NCBI GenBank assembly: GCA_951406725.2
Contig: OX597814.1
Location: 108,872,001 to 108,936,000 of the forward strand
DNA: 64,000 nucleotides
DNA from: Octopus vulgaris
Taxonomy: Eukaryota
Direction of reading: 5' to 3'
Position numbers and translations under genes: made by a program. The notes beneath the pieces are model-generated. The model was not told where the DNA came from. It ran no database searches and worked only from the letters and a program-made list of their open reading frames with translations. How positions within the stretch are numbered: the first letter of the stretch is position 1; each line of letters starts with the position of its first letter. Positions 63,340 through 64,000 of the stretch are shown here, piece after piece.

Positions 63340-64000
63340 TGATGGACATCAGGTGGACTGTTGGTGAATTTCAGGAAGCATGGAAGCTTTGAAGAATGAA
63401 GTGTCCCAACAGCCAACAACTGATGTGGGAATTTTTTTCCATGCTTCACCTATTCCCAATGTAAATTAAATGTTTCTGAAAGTCGTGGGTGTTGTGGGGT
63501 TTTTGTTTTCTGTTTTTGTTTTTTTTTTTGATTTTATAAGCATGTCCATTAGTATTAGATGCCTGGAATTGAAAAAGGTGCCCCAAGGTTGTTGTTGGAA
63601 AGATGGTGGTGGATAATCTTGTGGGTGTCTACCAAGTCAGCTGTCAGACATGAGAGCTTTACTGTGTCCATGTCCAGGGAAGCAAGCCATTCAGAGTATG
63701 GTCAACGCCTGATGCAGCAGGTATCCTTTTCGTTGCATGTTTCTTAACAGTTTTCAGGAAGTTGATGCTCTGAGCAAAATAGGGGTTCTGGACTGGTGGT
63801 AAATAACTTAATTGAAAATGAAGAAATGGATTCTCTCTTCAAGCAACAGGCACACAAATGTCCTGGCTGTGTGTGAGCATGAGCACGTGTGTGCTCTTTG
63901 GGATTTGTTTAAGGATTTTTGCTTTCCTTTGCAGAATTCAAACTGGTCATTAATAACGGGGCAAAACATTTTTGCCAAGTCAGGACAGTTCTTAGGGATT
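63340..64000 (-). mobile_element. Decayed CR1-clade LINE 3' fragment
   Basis: Minus strand: ATKRIP..R..PYSEWLASLDMD....LTADLVDTHKII, then W.K.P.SVV...FK. Confidence 0.6.

Noticed and set aside
62475-63349. Long Cys/Pro/His-rich ORFs (up to 274 aa) and a CRISPR-like look
   Set aside because: Translation of a 25-bp tandem repeat in several frames; there are no unique spacers, and the DNA is eukaryotic intron.

Overview
AT-rich, repeat-dense eukaryotic genomic DNA. The SINE, LINE and microsatellite content looks like a cephalopod, most likely Octopus; this is inferred from repeat style, not from a database search. Two genes converge tail-to-tail. On the + strand are the last three detectable exons (20959-21025, 30203-30296, 40635-40915) of an unidentified, probably nuclear protein with a PLDLT motif, a KKKK cluster and a long Asp/Glu tail, followed by a probable ~5 kb 3'UTR. 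On the - strand are the last three coding exons of HYDIN (62154-62387, 58976-59200, 53973-54458). An orphan WDR36/Utp21-like exon fragment lies at 85-230 (-). The introns hold tRNA-derived SINEs, RTE and CR1 LINE fragments, hAT, piggyBac and Tc1/pogo-type MITEs, a decayed Penelope RT element and a 25-bp minisatellite. The most unusual signal is several unrelated families of short elements carrying type-I hammerhead ribozyme motifs, usually as inverted pairs. One family couples a tRNA-like Pol III head to the hammerhead; another has a compensatory G3-C8 core. Together they suggest a Penelope-mobilised retrozyme-like system. All calls were made by eye; no folding or homology search was run.
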